A DNA stretch of 64,000 bases. It comes from Squalus acanthias (taxonomy: Eukaryota). A program made the position numbers and the translations under genes. A model generated the notes under the pieces. That model did not search any database and was not told the DNA's origin. It was given only the letters and a program-made list of their open reading frames with translations. This document shows, piece after piece, positions 22,470 through 36,622 of the stretch. The stretch is from positions 158,226,001 to 158,290,000 of the forward strand of contig CM059431.1 in the NCBI GenBank assembly GCA_030390025.1, written 5' to 3'. Each line of letters begins with the position of its first letter. Position 1 is the first letter of the stretch.

Positions 22470-25400
22470 TTCCACATCCCCCTTCCCCCCAAACTTACTT
22501 CATTCTTTGTCGAAAAATCTCTCTCCCAACTCTATTAAAAACTGCATTTACGAAATCCCAGCTATCCCACTTTTGGCCCTCCATTCACCACAACATTTCT
22601 ACAGCTCCCGATCACACCCACACCACCACCTTCGATGCCCTACTCCCTATTAAATCAATCACATTTTCTCACCCTGGCTTTTCCAATTGGTACCGCCCAC
22701 ATATCGCACCCTTAATTCCAAGAGACGCAGAATTGAACGGATATGGCGGACAATGGGTTTAGCCATTTGCCGCCAGTTCTGGCTGGACCACATAAAGCAT
22801 TATTGGGTCCTGCTCTCTTCTGCAAAAATTGCTCACTATTCCAAAATCATTCTGGAATGCAAAGACAAACCCCGGCTTCTATTCTCCACTGCTAACCATC
22901 TTCTTAAACCTCTCCCCCCTGTCTCCTCTACCCTCACATCCAACAACAATTGCGCGAGGCTCATAAATGTGTTTGTCTCTGAGATTCAGACCATCCGATC
23001 AGCTGCCTCTGCCACTTCTCATCCTTCCCCTATCCAAGCGGGAAAATATACAATAACGTTCCCTCTGCCCTAGCCCTGAACTCGCATCTTTCTCCAGCTT
23101 CTCTCTGGTCTCCTCCCCTGACCTCTCTCTCACTCATCGTGTCTATGAGACACAGTTCCTGCTCGCTCGATCCTATTCCCAGCTAACTGCTGACCACCCA
23201 TTTCCTTTTTTGGCTCCCATGTTAGCTGACATTATTAATGGCTCTCTCTTCTCAGGTACTGTCCCTCTCTCCTTCAAATCTGCCGAAATCACCACTCTCC
23301 TCAAATAAATAACTCTCGACTGCTCCGTCCTTGCAAATTTCCGCCCCAACTCCAACCTCCCTTTCCGCTCCAAATTACTTGAACATGTTGTTGCCTTCCA
23401 AAGCCATTCCCATCCTTCCTGGAACTCCATATTTGATTGCCTCCAATCGGGTTTCTCCCACTGCCACAGTAATGAAACGGCTCTCATCAAGGTCACAAAT
23501 GACATCCTTTGTGACTGCGAAAAAGACAAATTATGCCTCCTCGGCCTTCTCGACTTCTCAGCACCCTTTGACACGTTTGACCACTCCACACTCCTCCAAC
23601 GCCTTTCCACCGTCGTTCAGCTGTTTGGGACTGCACTCGTCTGGTTCCATTCATATTTATCATAGACAGAGAATCACCTGCAATGGCTCCTCTTCTCACT
23701 CGCGCATCACTACCACTGGTTTCCCCCAAGAATCTATCCTTGACCCCTTCCTATTTTTCATCTACAATCTGCCCCTTGACAACATCATCCGAAAACAAAG
23801 CTTCAGTTTCCACGTTTACGCTGACGACACGCAGCTCTAGCTCACTACCACTTCTCTCGACCCCTGCACTGTCTCTGAATTATGAGACTGCTTGTCCGAC
23901 ATCGAGATCTGGATGAGCAGAAATTTTCTCCAGATAAATATTGGGAAGCCATTTTTTTCATTCCCCGTCACTGACTCCATCCCTCTCTGTAACATCTGTC
24001 TGAGGTTGAACCACACTTTTTGCAATCTTGGATTCAGATTTGAGCCTGAAAGGAGCCACCGACAAAGTATCCACGGACTAACTAAGACCGCCTATTTCCA
24101 CCTCCACCATCGCTTGTCTCCAAATCTGCATCAGAACATCTGCTCCTGAAACCCGCATCCATGCCTTTATAACCTCTGGACTTGACTGTTCCAAAACTCT
24201 CCTGGCTGGCCACCCACATTCTACCCTACGTAAATTAGAGGCCACTCTAAACTCGGGTGCCAGTGTCCTAACTCGCACCAAGTCCCATTCACACATCACC
24301 CCTGTTCTCGCAGACCTTGGACAAAGTGGACAACTTTCCATACCGCGGGAACCTACTCTCAACAAGTGCTTCGATGACGAATTCCAACACTGCCTTCAGT
24401 GTGCCAGTGCAGCCTTCGTTCGCCTGAGGAAGAGAGTGTTTGAAGACCAGGACCGCAAACCCAGCACCAAGCTAATGGGCAACAGAGCAGTTGTGATACC
24501 TTCACTCCTGTGTGCTTCCGTGTCATGGAGCAAGTACAGCAAGCACCTCAAAGATCTGGAGAGGTAAAACCAACGCTGCCTCCTCAAGATCCTGCAAATC
24601 TATTGGCTGGATATGCGCACCAACATCAGTGTTCTCGCTCAGGCTCACATCCACAGCATCGATGTTTTCACCATGTTGGATCGGTTCCGATGGACGGGCC
24701 ATATCGTCCGCATGCCCGATACGAGACTCCCAAAACAAGAGCTGTACTCAGAGCTCCGACACAGCAAGAGAAACCCAGAGGGGCATAGGAAACGCTTCGA
24801 GGACACCCGCAAAGCCTCCTTCAAAAAGTGTAACATCCCCAACGACACCTGGGAATTCCTGGCCCAAGACCAGACAAAGTGGAAGTGAAGAACACAGGAA
24901 GGCGCCGATCACCTCGAGCCTCTACGCCGGGAGCAAGCGGAAGCCAAGTGCAAATAGCGGAAGGAGCGCAGGTCAAACCAAGCACCCCACCCACCCGGCC
25001 CTTCAACCACCGTCTGCCCCACCTATGACAGAAACTGTAGGTACCGCATTGGACTCATCAGTCACCTGGGAACTAATTTTTAGTGTCGAAGCAAGTCATC
25101 CTCGGTTCCGAGAGACTGCATAAGAAGAAGAGACATTGGATGCCGGTTAAGCAACGCCTCGATTTCAAAATTCTCACCTTTCTTTTCAATTCCCTCCATG
25201 GCCTCGCACCTCCCTACCTCTAATCTCTTCCACCCTCCCCGCCCCACCCCAAGATAGATGCGCACCTATAATTCAGCCCACTTGCGCATCCCTGATTATA
25301 TTCGCTCAACTATTGTTGGCCGTGCCTTCAGTTGCAAAGGCTCTAAGCTGTGGAAATCCCTCATTAAACCTCTCGCCTCTCTACCTCTATTTCACTCCTT

Positions 25401-25495
25401 TATATCGCTCCTTAAAACGTACCTGTTTTAGCAATCTTTTAGTCATCTGCGCTAATTTCACCTTATGTGTCACGGTGTCAATTTATTTTCCTATA
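22470..25495 (+). mobile_element. L2 LINE remnant, unit 1 (interrupted by RTE)
   Basis: KPRLLFSTANHLL (ORF 22687-23073), HVYADDTQL (ORF 23331-23840); paralogous to 9540-11565. Confidence 0.9.
24318..25132 (+). mobile_element. 5'-truncated RTE-clade LINE nested in L2, unit 1
   Basis: RWTGHIVRMPDTRLPKQELYSEL...RKRFEDT; tail taagaagaagag; the L2 is contiguous across it (gacct|acattgg, compare 15702-15713 and 11400). Confidence 0.88.
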
Positions 25496-25568
25496 ACAAC
25501 AACTTTTATACGTATAGCGCCTCTAACATCCTTAAACGTCTCAAGGCACTGCACAGGACTATTGTAAG

Positions 25569-26787
25569 ACAAAAATGAAGTACTGCAGATGCTGGAAATC
25601 TGAAATAAAAGCAGAAAGTACTGGAGAACCTCAGCAGGTCTGGCAGCATCTGTGACGAGAGAAACAGAATTAACGTTTCAGGTCGATGACCTTTCGTCAG
25701 AATTGGAAAAAAGCAGGACATGAAACAGATTTTTAAGCAAGTGTAGAAGTTGGGAAAGTGGGGAGGGGATGAAAGAACAAATGGGAATGTCTGGGATAGG
25801 ATATAAGGCGGAAGAGGTTGAGAGACATTAAGAGATATTCAAGTCAAAAGGAGATGGTAATGGGACACATTAAGAAACAAACGATGGCTCTCGATGAAGT
25901 GTAAATTGCGCTGGCAGAATGAAAGACAGCTGCCATGTGGGGGAAAAGAAAAAAAAGACAGACAGTGTGGATACAAAATATATATATATATATGATAGGG
26001 GCCGAAGTTATAACCTGAAATTGTTGAACTCTATTTTGAGTCCAGAAGGCTGTAAAGTGCCTAATCGAAATATGAGGTATTGTTCCTCGAGCTTACGCTG
26101 AGCTTCCGTGGAACAATGCAAGAGGTCGAGGACGTTGAGGTCTGAGTGGGTGTGGCGCGGTGAGATAAAGTGACAGGCGACCGGAAGCTCGGGGTCCCCC
26201 TTATGGAATGAACGCAGGTGTTCCGCAAAGCGGTCACCCAAGCTGCGTTTGGTCTCCCCAATGTAGAGGAGACCACATCCTGAGCAGCGAATACATTATG
26301 CTGAATTGCAAGAAGTACAAGTAAATCGCTGTTTCACCTGGAAGGGGTGTTTCGGGAGCTGGACAGCTGGAAGGATGGAGGTATAAGGGCATGTGTTGCA
26401 TCTCCTGCGCTTGCACGGGAAGGTGCCGGGCGAAGGGGAAGGGCAGTTGGGAGTGATAGAGGAGTGAACTAGGCTATCGCGGAGGGAGCTGTCCCTATGG
26501 AATGCTGAAAGTGGAGGTAAGGGGAAGATGCATTTTGTGGTTTCATCACGCTGGAGGTGGTGGAAATGGCGGCGGTTGATCCGTTGAATGTGGAGGCTGG
26601 TGGGGTGAAAGTTGAGGACAAGGGGAACTCTGTCTTGGTTCCGGGAGGGAGAGGTAGTGATGAGGGCAGAAGTGCAGGAGATGGAACGGACATGGTCAAG
26701 GGCCGTGTCAAACAATGTAGCGGGGAATCCTCGTTGAGGAAAAAGGAAGACATGTCAGAAGCACTGGTATGGAAGGTGGAATCGTAA
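25569..26787 (-). mobile_element. Penelope-like element 3' part (GIY-YIG endonuclease remnant + terminal region), unit 1
   Basis: RVPLVLNFHP, GTFPCKRRRCNTCPY, CIRCSGCGLLYIGET, GDRFAEHLRS, EQYLIFRLGTLQPSGL. Confidence 0.9.
25668..25704 (-). ncRNA. Minimal type I hammerhead ribozyme motif (Penelope-associated), unit 1
   Basis: Minus strand AATT-CTGACGA-A-AGGTC-ATC-GACCT-GAAAC-GTT-AATT: CUGANGA and GAAA cores, 5-bp stem II, palindromic AACGTT stem III. Confidence 0.8.
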
Positions 26788-29700
26788 GACAACCTCACTG
26801 ACCCAGCCGCGACATCCTCACTGACCCAGTCCCGACACCCTCACTGACCCAGTCCCGATACCCTCTCTGACCAGCCCCAAAGCCCTCTCTGAACAGCCCC
26901 AACACCCTCTCTCAACAACCCCAACACCCTCACTGACCAGTCCCGAGATTATCACTGACCCAGCTCCACAACGACAACCCGCTTACGCAGGCCAGCACCG
27001 GCACTTCACTGACCCAGACCAACACCGACACCCCACTGACCCAGCCCTACACCGACACCACACTGACACAGCCACACTCCAACAACCCACAGACCCATTC
27101 CCCACACCGACACCCCACTGTCCCAGCCCAACACCGACACCCCACTGACCCAGTCCTACACCGACACCCCACTGATCAAGTCCTACACCGACACCCCACT
27201 GACACAGACCAAAACCGGCCCACTCACTGACCCAACACCGACAGCCCAGAGACACAGCTCAACACCGAAACCCTACTGACACAGCACAAAAACGACAACC
27301 CACTGACCCAGCCTAACACCGACACCCCACTGACCCAGTCCTAAACCAACACACCACTTACCCAGGCCAAAACCGACATCCTCTCTGACCCAGGCCGACA
27401 CCGACACTCACTGACCAAGCCCAACATCGACACCTCACTGACCCAATCCAACACCTACACCCTACTGGACAAGACTTAGACCGCCAGCCCACTGACACAA
27501 TCCAACACTGACACCCCACAGACCCAGCCCAACACCGATACCCTCACTGACCCAACAACGACACCCCAGTCACCTTACCTAAAGACCGACACCCCACTGA
27601 CACAGACCTACAACGGCACCCCACTGAGACACCCGAACACAGAAACACCACTAACACAGCCCAAAACCGACACCCCAGTGACCAAGCCCGACACCGAATT
27701 CCTCACTGGCCCAATTGCGAAACCCCACTGACCCAGCCCAACACAAACACTCCACTTACCCTGCCCGAAATCCCACAGGCACAGACATATAACGAAACCC
27801 CACTGATCGAGCGCAACACCGACACCCCACTCACCCAGCCCAACACCGACACCCCACTCACCCAGCCCAACACCGAAACGCTACTCACCCAGCCCAACAC
27901 CGACACCCCACTCACCCAGCCCAACACCGAAACCCTACTCACCCAGCCCAATACCGAAACCATACAGACCCAGCCCAACACCGAAATCCCACTGACACAG
28001 CCCAATACCGAAAGCTTACAGACCCAGCCCAACACCGAAATCCCACTGACACAGCCCAACACCGAAACCCTACTAACCCAGCCCAACACCGAAATCCCAC
28101 TGACACAGCCCAACACCGAAACTCCACTGACACAGCCCAATACCGAAACATTGCAGACCCAGCCCAACACCGACACTCCACTGACAAGTCCTGTACCGAA
28201 ACCCCACTGTCCCAGCCCAACAGCGACAACCCACTGACCCAGTCCCAACATCAACACCGTCATTGACCCAACACCGACACCACACTGACCCAGCCCAACA
28301 CCGACACCGCACTGATAAAGTCCTAGTACAATGCCCCACAGACCCAGCCCAACACCGACAACACACTGACCCAGCCCAACACCACACTGACCCCGCCCAA
28401 CACCGATACTACCACAGACCCAGACCAACACCGACACCGCACTGATCAAGTCCTACTACGATACCCCACAGACCAAGCCCAACACCGACAACACATAGAC
28501 CCAGCCCAACACCACACTGACCCAGCCCAACACCGACACCCACTGACTCGGCGCCAACGCGACACACAACTGATCGAGCCCAACACAGCAATCCACTTAC
28601 CCAGAACAAAACCGACATCCTCTCTGACCAAGCCCGACACCGACACCAACTGAACCAGCAAAACACCGACACCACACTGACCCAGACCAACACCGACACC
28701 GCACTGTCCCAGCCTTACACCGACACCCCACTGACCCAGCCCTACACCGACATCTTCTGACCCAGTCGTAAACTGACACCCACTGACACAACCCAACTCC
28801 GACACCCCACTGACCCAACCCAATACCGACACACCCACTGAACCAACGCCGACACCAACTGACCCAGTCCAACACCGACACCCCACTGACCCCGACCAAC
28901 ACAGACACCACACTGTCCCAGCCCTACACCGACACCCCACTGACCCAGCCCTGCACCGACACCCCTCTGACCCAGTCGTACACCGACACCCACTGACACA
29001 GCACAACTCCGACACCCCACTGACCCAGCCCAACACCGACACCCCACTGACCTAGCCCAACACCGACACCCCACTGACCCAGCCCAACACCGACACCCCA
29101 CTGACCTAGACCAACACCGACACCCCACTGACCCAGCCCAACACCGACACCCCACTGACCCAGCCCAACACCGACACTACACTGACACAGGCCAACACCG
29201 ACACCCCACTGTCCCAGCCCAACACCGAAACCCAACTGACCCAGCCAACACCGGCACCCCACTGTCCCAACACAACACTGACAACCCACTGACCCAACAC
29301 CGACACCCCACTGAACCAACACCGACAACCCACCGAGACAGAACACAACCGACAACACACTGACCCAACAACGACACCCCAGTGACACAGTCCTACACCG
29401 ACAACCCACTGACACAGTCCTACACCGACACCACACTGACACTGCCCAACACCGACAACCCAGTGACCCATTCCTACACCGACATAACACTGACACTGCC
29501 CAACACCGACAACCCACTGAACCAGCCCTACACCCAAACGCCACTGACCAAGTCAAACACCGTCACCCCACTGACCCAGCCCAAACCTGCCACCCAATTC
29601 ACCCAGCCCAACAACGACACCCCACTGACCCAGCCCAACACCGACGCCCCACTGATCCAGCCAAATAGTGACACCCCAACTGATACAGTGCAATACCGAC

Positions 29701-31900
29701 ACCCGACTGACACAGCACAACACCGACACCGCAATGAAACAGTCCCACACCGACACCCCACTGACAGAGCTAAACAAAGACACCCTTACTGATCCAACAC
29801 CGACACCTCATTGACTCAACAGCGACACCGCACTGACCTTTCTCAAGACCGACACGCCACTGACCCAGCCCAACAACGGCACTCCACTGAGCCAGCCCTA
29901 CACAGACACCACATTGACCGAGCCCAAAACAGACACCCCCATGACACAGCTCAACAATGAATTCCTCAATGGCCCGTCAGCGACACCCCACTGACCCAGC
30001 GCAACACCGACACCCCACTGAACCAGCCCTACACCCAAACGCCACTGACCAAGCCAAACACCGTCACCCCACTGACCCAGCCCAAACCTGCCACCCAATT
30101 CACCCAGCCCAACAACGACACCCCACTGACCCAGCCCAACACCGACGCCCCACTGATCCAGCCAAATAATGACACCCCAACTGATACAGTGCAATACCGA
30201 CACCCGACTGACACAGCACAACACCGACACCGCAATGAAACAGTCCCACACCGACACCCCACTGACCTAGCCCAACACCGACACCCCACTGACCCAGCCC
30301 AACACCGACACCCCACTGACCTAGACCAACACCGACACCCCACTGACCCAGCCCAACACCGACACCCCACTGACCCAGCCCAACACCGACACTACACTGA
30401 CACAGGCCAACACCGACACCCCACTGTCCCAGCCCAACACCGAAACCCAACTGACCCAGCCAACACCGGCACCCCACTGTCCCAACACAACACTGACAAC
30501 CCACTGACCCAACACCGACACCCCACTGAACCAACACCGACAACCCACCGAGACAGAACACAACCGACAACACACTGACCCAACAACGACACCCCAGTGA
30601 CACAGTCCTACACCGACAACCCACTGACACAGTCCTACACCGACACCACACTGACACTGCCCAACACCGACTCCCAGTGACCCATTCCTACATCGACATA
30701 ACACTGACACTGCCCAACACCGACAACCCACTGAACCAGCCCTACACCCAAACGCCACTGACCAAGCCAAACACCGTCACCCCACTGACCCAGCCCAAAC
30801 CTGCCACCCAATTCACCCAGCCCAACAACGACACCCCACTGACCCAGCCCAACACCGACGCCCCACTGATCCAGCCAAATAGTGACACCCCAACTGATAC
30901 AGTGCAATACCGACACCCGACTGACACAGCACAACACCGACACCGCAATGAAACAGTCCCACACCGACACCCCACTGACAGAGCTAAACAAAGACACCCT
31001 TACTGATCCAACACCGACACCTCATTGACTCAACAGCGACACCGCACTGACCTTTCTCAAGACCGACACGCCACTGACCCAGCCCAACAACGGCACTCCA
31101 CTGAGCCAGCCCTACACAGACACCACATTGACCGAGCCCAAAACAGACACCCCCATGACACAGCTCAACAATGAATTCCTCAATGGCCCGTCAGCGACAC
31201 CCCACTGACCCAGCGCAACACCGACACCCACTGACCCAGCCCTACACCGACACCCCACTGACCCAGCGCAACACCGACACCCCACTGACCCAGCCCTACA
31301 CAGAAACCCCACAGAACCAGCCATACAACGACAACCCACTGACGCAGCCCTAAACGACCCCACACTGACCCAGATCAATACACAAACACAAATGACCGAG
31401 CCCAACACCCGCACTCCACTGACCCAATCAAGTACCGACACCGCAATGACCCAGCTCAACACCGACACCCAACTGACCCAGCCCAAAACTCCCACCCCAC
31501 TGATCCAGCCCAACACCGACACCCCACTGATCCAGCCAAACAACGGCACCCCAACTGATACAGTCAATACCTACACGCCACAGACGCAACCCAACACCGA
31601 CATCCCACTTACACAGGCCAACACCGACACCCCACTGACATAGCCCAACACTGACATCCTCACTGACCAAACATCGACACCCCACTGACATTTCCCAAGA
31701 CCGAAACCCCACTGAGCCAGCTCTACACTGACACCCCACTGACCTAGACCGAAAACGACCTCCACTGATGCACTCTACCACGACACTCCACTGACCTTGC
31801 CCTACACTGACACCCGACTCACCCAGACCAACACCGACACCCCACTCACCCTGCCCAACACTGCACTTACCCAACTCGACAATGACAATGCATGGACCCA
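26788..31900. repeat. C/A-rich minisatellite, 27-bp core with 22-23 bp variants, unit 1
   Basis: Core cccaacaccgacaccccactgacccag repeated with degeneracy. Confidence 0.95.
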
Positions 31901-32097
31901 GTCCCACCCCACGTAAAGGCATTGCACCATGTCTGGCACAAGGGGGCGGACGGAGTACTCTCGCGCACCGAGCACGCATGCTGGGACTGTAGCTAATGTG
32001 GCAGGAATTTGCGGACACGCTGAATATGCTGAAATATATCTGCAGGTCCCAGGGACTGATTCCGAATGAGATGACGTACAGCAAAGATCCTAGCTGG

Positions 32098-35000
32098 GTT
32101 CCTGCCTCTACCACCCTTTCAGGCAGTGAATTCCAGATTCCAACCACCCTCTGGGTGAAAACGTTTTTCCTCAAATGACCTCTAAACCCCCTGCCACTTA
32201 CGTTGAAACTATGTCATCTGGTTATTAACCCCGCTTCTAAGGGGAAAAGTTCCTTTCTATATACCCTATCTATTCCCCTTATAATTTTGTACACCTCAAT
32301 CAGGTCCCCCCTCAGCCTTCGCTGCTCTAAGGAAAACAACCCCAGCCTGTCCAGTATCTCTTCATCGCTGAAGCGCACCGGCCCACGTAACATCCTGGTG
32401 AATCTCCTCTGCACCCTTTCCAAAGCAATCACGTCCTTCCTATAGTGTGGCGACCAGAACTGCCCACAGTATTCCAGCTGGGTCTAACGAACGTTTTGTA
32501 CAGTTCCATCATAACCTTCCTGATTTTATATTCTATGCCTCGGCTAATGAAGGCAAGTATCCCATATGCCTTTTAAACCACCTTATCTAACTGTCCTCCT
32601 GCCTTCAGAGATCTATGTATATGGACACTAAGGTCGCTCTGATCCTCTGTTCTTCCTACGGTCCTACCATTCATTATGTATACCCTTGCCTCTTAGTCCT
32701 CCCAAAATGCATCACCTCACACCTTTCAGGGGTAAATTCCATTCGCCACTGTTCTGCTCATCTGACCAACCCGTCTATATCGTCCTGTAGCCTGAGGCTT
32801 CCCTCCTCGCTATTTACCACTCCTGCAATTTTCGTGTCATCTGCGAACTTACTGATCATACCTCCTACATACATATCTAAATCATTAATGTACACTACAA
32901 ACAGCAAGGGACCCAGCACCGAACCCTGCGGTACACCACTGGACACAGGCCTCCAGTCACGAAAACAAACTTCGACCTCACCCTCTGCCTCCTGCCACTA
33001 AGCCAATTTTAGATCCAATATGCCAAATTGCCCTGGATCCCATCTGCTCTTAACTTATTTACCAATCTCCCATGCGGGACTTTGTCAAAAGCCTTACTGA
33101 AGTCCATGTAGAAAACATCAACTGCACAACTCTCATCCACACACCTAGTTACCCCTCGAAAAATTCAATCAAATTGATTAGACATGATCTCCCCCTGACA
33201 AAGCCAAGCTGACTTAACTTGATTAATTATTGCCTCTCGAAGTGAAGAATAATTCTGTCAATCAGAATTGTTTCCAATAATTTCCCTACCACTGATGTTA
33301 GGCACACTGGTCTGTAGTTCGCTGCTTTATCCCTACTACCCTTCTTGAATAATGGTACTACGTTAGCTGACCTCCAACCACTGGCACCTCCACTGTGGCC
33401 AGAGAGTTTCTGAAAATTTGTGTCAGATCCCCTGCAATCTCCTCCCTTGCCTCACACAGCATCCTGGGATACATCTCGTCTGGGCCTGGGGATTTATCCA
33501 TATTTAAGACGACTAAAACCGCTAGTGCCTCCTCCCTCTCAATGATAAGTTGTTCAAGTATATCACAACACCCCTGCCTGATTCATATGCCTACTTCGTC
33601 CTTCTCTATAATGAACACAGAAGCAAAATATTCATTTAAACCTCACCTACATCTTCCGGCTCTGAAATCAGATTGCCACTTTTATCCCTAATGGGCCCTA
33701 CTCTTTCCCTGGTTATCCTCTTGCCCTTAATATACTTATAAAACAATTTGGGATATTCCTTTAGTTTGCACACCAGTGTTTTTTATGGACCCCTCTTCGC
33801 ACTCCTAATTTATATCTTAATTACCCCTCTGCACATTCTATACTGCTCTAGGGCTTCCACTGTTTTTGGTCCTTTGTATCTGCCAATAGGCTCCATTTTT
33901 TTCCTAAATCCATTCTTGTATATCCCTGGCCTTGTTGGTCCCACCCTTGACCTATACGGGAATATGTTGGAACTGTACTCTCTCTATTTCCTTTCTGAAT
34001 AACTCCCACTGCTCTGATATGGATTTTCCTACAAGTAGCTGATCCCAGTCCACTTTGGCCAGATCCTCCCTTATCATATTAAAATCGGCCTTACCCCAAT
34101 TTAGAACCTTTATCTCCGGTCCATCTTTGTCCTTTTTCATGACTACCTTAAATCTCACTGAATTACGGTCACTGTCACCAAAATGCTCTCCGACAGACAC
34201 TTCTAACACTTGCCCGGCTACATTCCTTAGAATTAGTTCCAGTACCGCACCCTCTCTTGTAGGACATTCTACAAGCTGGCTCAAAAAGCTCTCCTGGATG
34301 CACTTTAAGAATTCCGCGCCCTCTAAGCCTTTCGCACACTGACTATCCCAGTTAATATTGGGGAAGTTGAAAACCCCGAGTATTATTACCCTATTATATC
34401 TACACTTCTCTGAGATTTGCCTACATATCTGTTCCTCTATCGCCCCTGAATGTTTGGGGGTCTATTGTACACTCCTAGGAAAGTGCATGCCCCCTTTTTA
34501 TTTTTAAGTTCTACCCATATGGCCTCATTAGAGGAACCTGCTATGATATCATCCCTCCTTACTGCAGTAATTGACTCCTTGATTAAAATTGCGACACCCC
34601 CTCCTATTTTACACCCACATCTGTCTCGCCTGAAGATTCTATACCCCGTAATAATGAGCTGCCAGTCCTGACACTCCCTCAACCTTGTCTCCGTGATAGC
34701 AACAATATCATAATCCCATGTGTTCATCAACAACTTCAATTTATCTGCCTTACTCGCAAGACTACTTGCATTGAAATGAATGCCCGCCAGACTTGCCATA
34801 CTCACTTGTGCCGTTACATGTTTGCTCTGACTTCCAAACTGACTTGTTTTTTCCTCTATATTTGGCTGCGCATCACCCACTACTATAGCTCCACTCCGTA
34901 TCCCATCCCCCTGCCAAGTTAGTTTAAATTCCCCCTAACAGCACTTGCAAAACTCCCCGCAAGGATGTTGGTCCTGGTGCAACCCGTCCGACTTGTACAG

Positions 35001-36622
35001 GGCCCACCTTCCCCAGAAACAGACACAATGATCCAGGAAATTAAAGCCCTCCCTCCTGCACCAACTCTTTAGCCTCGCATTCATCTGCTCTATCCTCCTA
35101 TTCCTATACTCACTAGCACGTGGCACCGGGAGTAATCGAGAGATTACAACCTTTTCGGTCCTGCTTTTTAATCTGCTACCAAGCTCCCTAAATTCTTGTT
35201 GCAGGACCTCATCTATCTTTCTAACTTTGTCGTTGGTACCAATATGAACCACGACTTCGGACTTTTCGCACGGCCCCATTCAGAATGCCCTGCAGCCGTT
35301 CAGTTACTTCCTAGACCCTGATACCAGGGAGGCAATTTACCATCCTGGAGTCATGTCTGCGGCCGCAGAAACGCCTGTCTGCACCCCTCACTATTGAGTC
35401 TCCCACCACTATTGCACTTCCACTTTTACTCCTCCCCCCTTGTGCAGCTGAGCCACCCACAGTGACGTGAACTTGGCTCTGGCTGCTCTCCCCAGAGGAA
35501 CCGTCATTTTCACGCGTTTCCTACACGGAATAACAGTTGTTTAGTGAGATGCACTCTGGGGCTTTCCTGACTAACGTGCTGCCCCACTTCTTCTGACTGG
35601 TGGTCTCCCATTCCCTCTCTGACTGCACTTTCTAATTCTGCGGCATGACTACGTCCTAAAACGTGCTATCCATGTAAGTCTGAGCTCGCGGATACACCGC
35701 AGTGCCTCCAGCTGATGCTCGAGCTCTGAAAACAGGATCGCCAGTTGGCCAAACCATTGGCACTTACTGCACATGTGGTCATCCTGACTGCAAGAAGGGT
35801 CTAGGAATTCGCACATGCTGCATGACGTGCAACGCACGGGACTGAGGTCCCCTGCCATAACCGTAATTAAAAACCTCTTACCTCAATTTAAACTCTCGGA
35901 TTCTCGCACTCCCGAACTACCTTAACTATGAACTACATTAAAAAATAGAATAAATTGAAGAAAAAAAACCACTGAACGACTATTCACTGATCAGCTTCTC
36001 ACTGCGCCGACCTCACTTTTGAACACGTATATCTTTTAATCTACACCAAGGCACTTAAATTTAGACGCCCAAGTTTGGAAAAAAGCGAGAAATAGAGAAA
36101 TACTCATCATCAATCATTTACCTGCTTACTGTTGACGTGACACTTCGATTACTGTTTACTTCTTTACACTCACCGGTCCTTTGTATCTCAGCCGCTCCCG
36201 CTGCTTTTACTGCCGCCGAAATCTTGCGCTCCCAAGGCGCTCTCGCTGCTTTTACTGCCCCCGAAGTCTCGTGCTCTCCAGCCGTTCCCGCTGCTTTTAC
36301 TTTCCCCGGAGTCTTGCGCTCTCCAGCCGCTCCCGCTGCTTTTACTGGCGACGAAATCTCGCGCTCTCTCGCCGCTCCCGCTGCTTTTACTGCCGCCGAA
36401 ATCTCGCGCTCTCTTGCCGCTCTCGCTGCTTTTACTGCCGCCGAAATCTCGCGCTCTGCAGCCGCTCTCGCTGCTTTTACTGGCGACGAAATCTCGCGCT
36501 CTCCAGCCGCTCTCGCTGCTTTTACTGCCGCAGTCGTCTCGCGCTCTCCAGCCGCTCCCGCTGCTTTTATTGCCTCCGATGTCTGGTGCTCTCCAGCCGC
36601 TCCCGCTGCTTTTACTGCCACC
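32098..36622 (-). mobile_element. CR1 LINE copy 2 (3' UTR removed by the duplication breakpoint), disabled
   Basis: Collinear with 16474-21019; KFADDTKI in ORF 32758-32946. Confidence 0.95.
36189..36622. repeat. 45-bp monomer array, CR1 copy 2 (~9.6 copies)
   Basis: Same unit as 20586-21019, with different variant monomers. Confidence 0.95.

Noticed and set aside
31985..32097. tRNA-like A/B-box remnant (tagctaatgtgg...ggtcccagggactgattcc) at each unit end
   Set aside because: No cloverleaf and a poor B box; at most a decayed SINE head.
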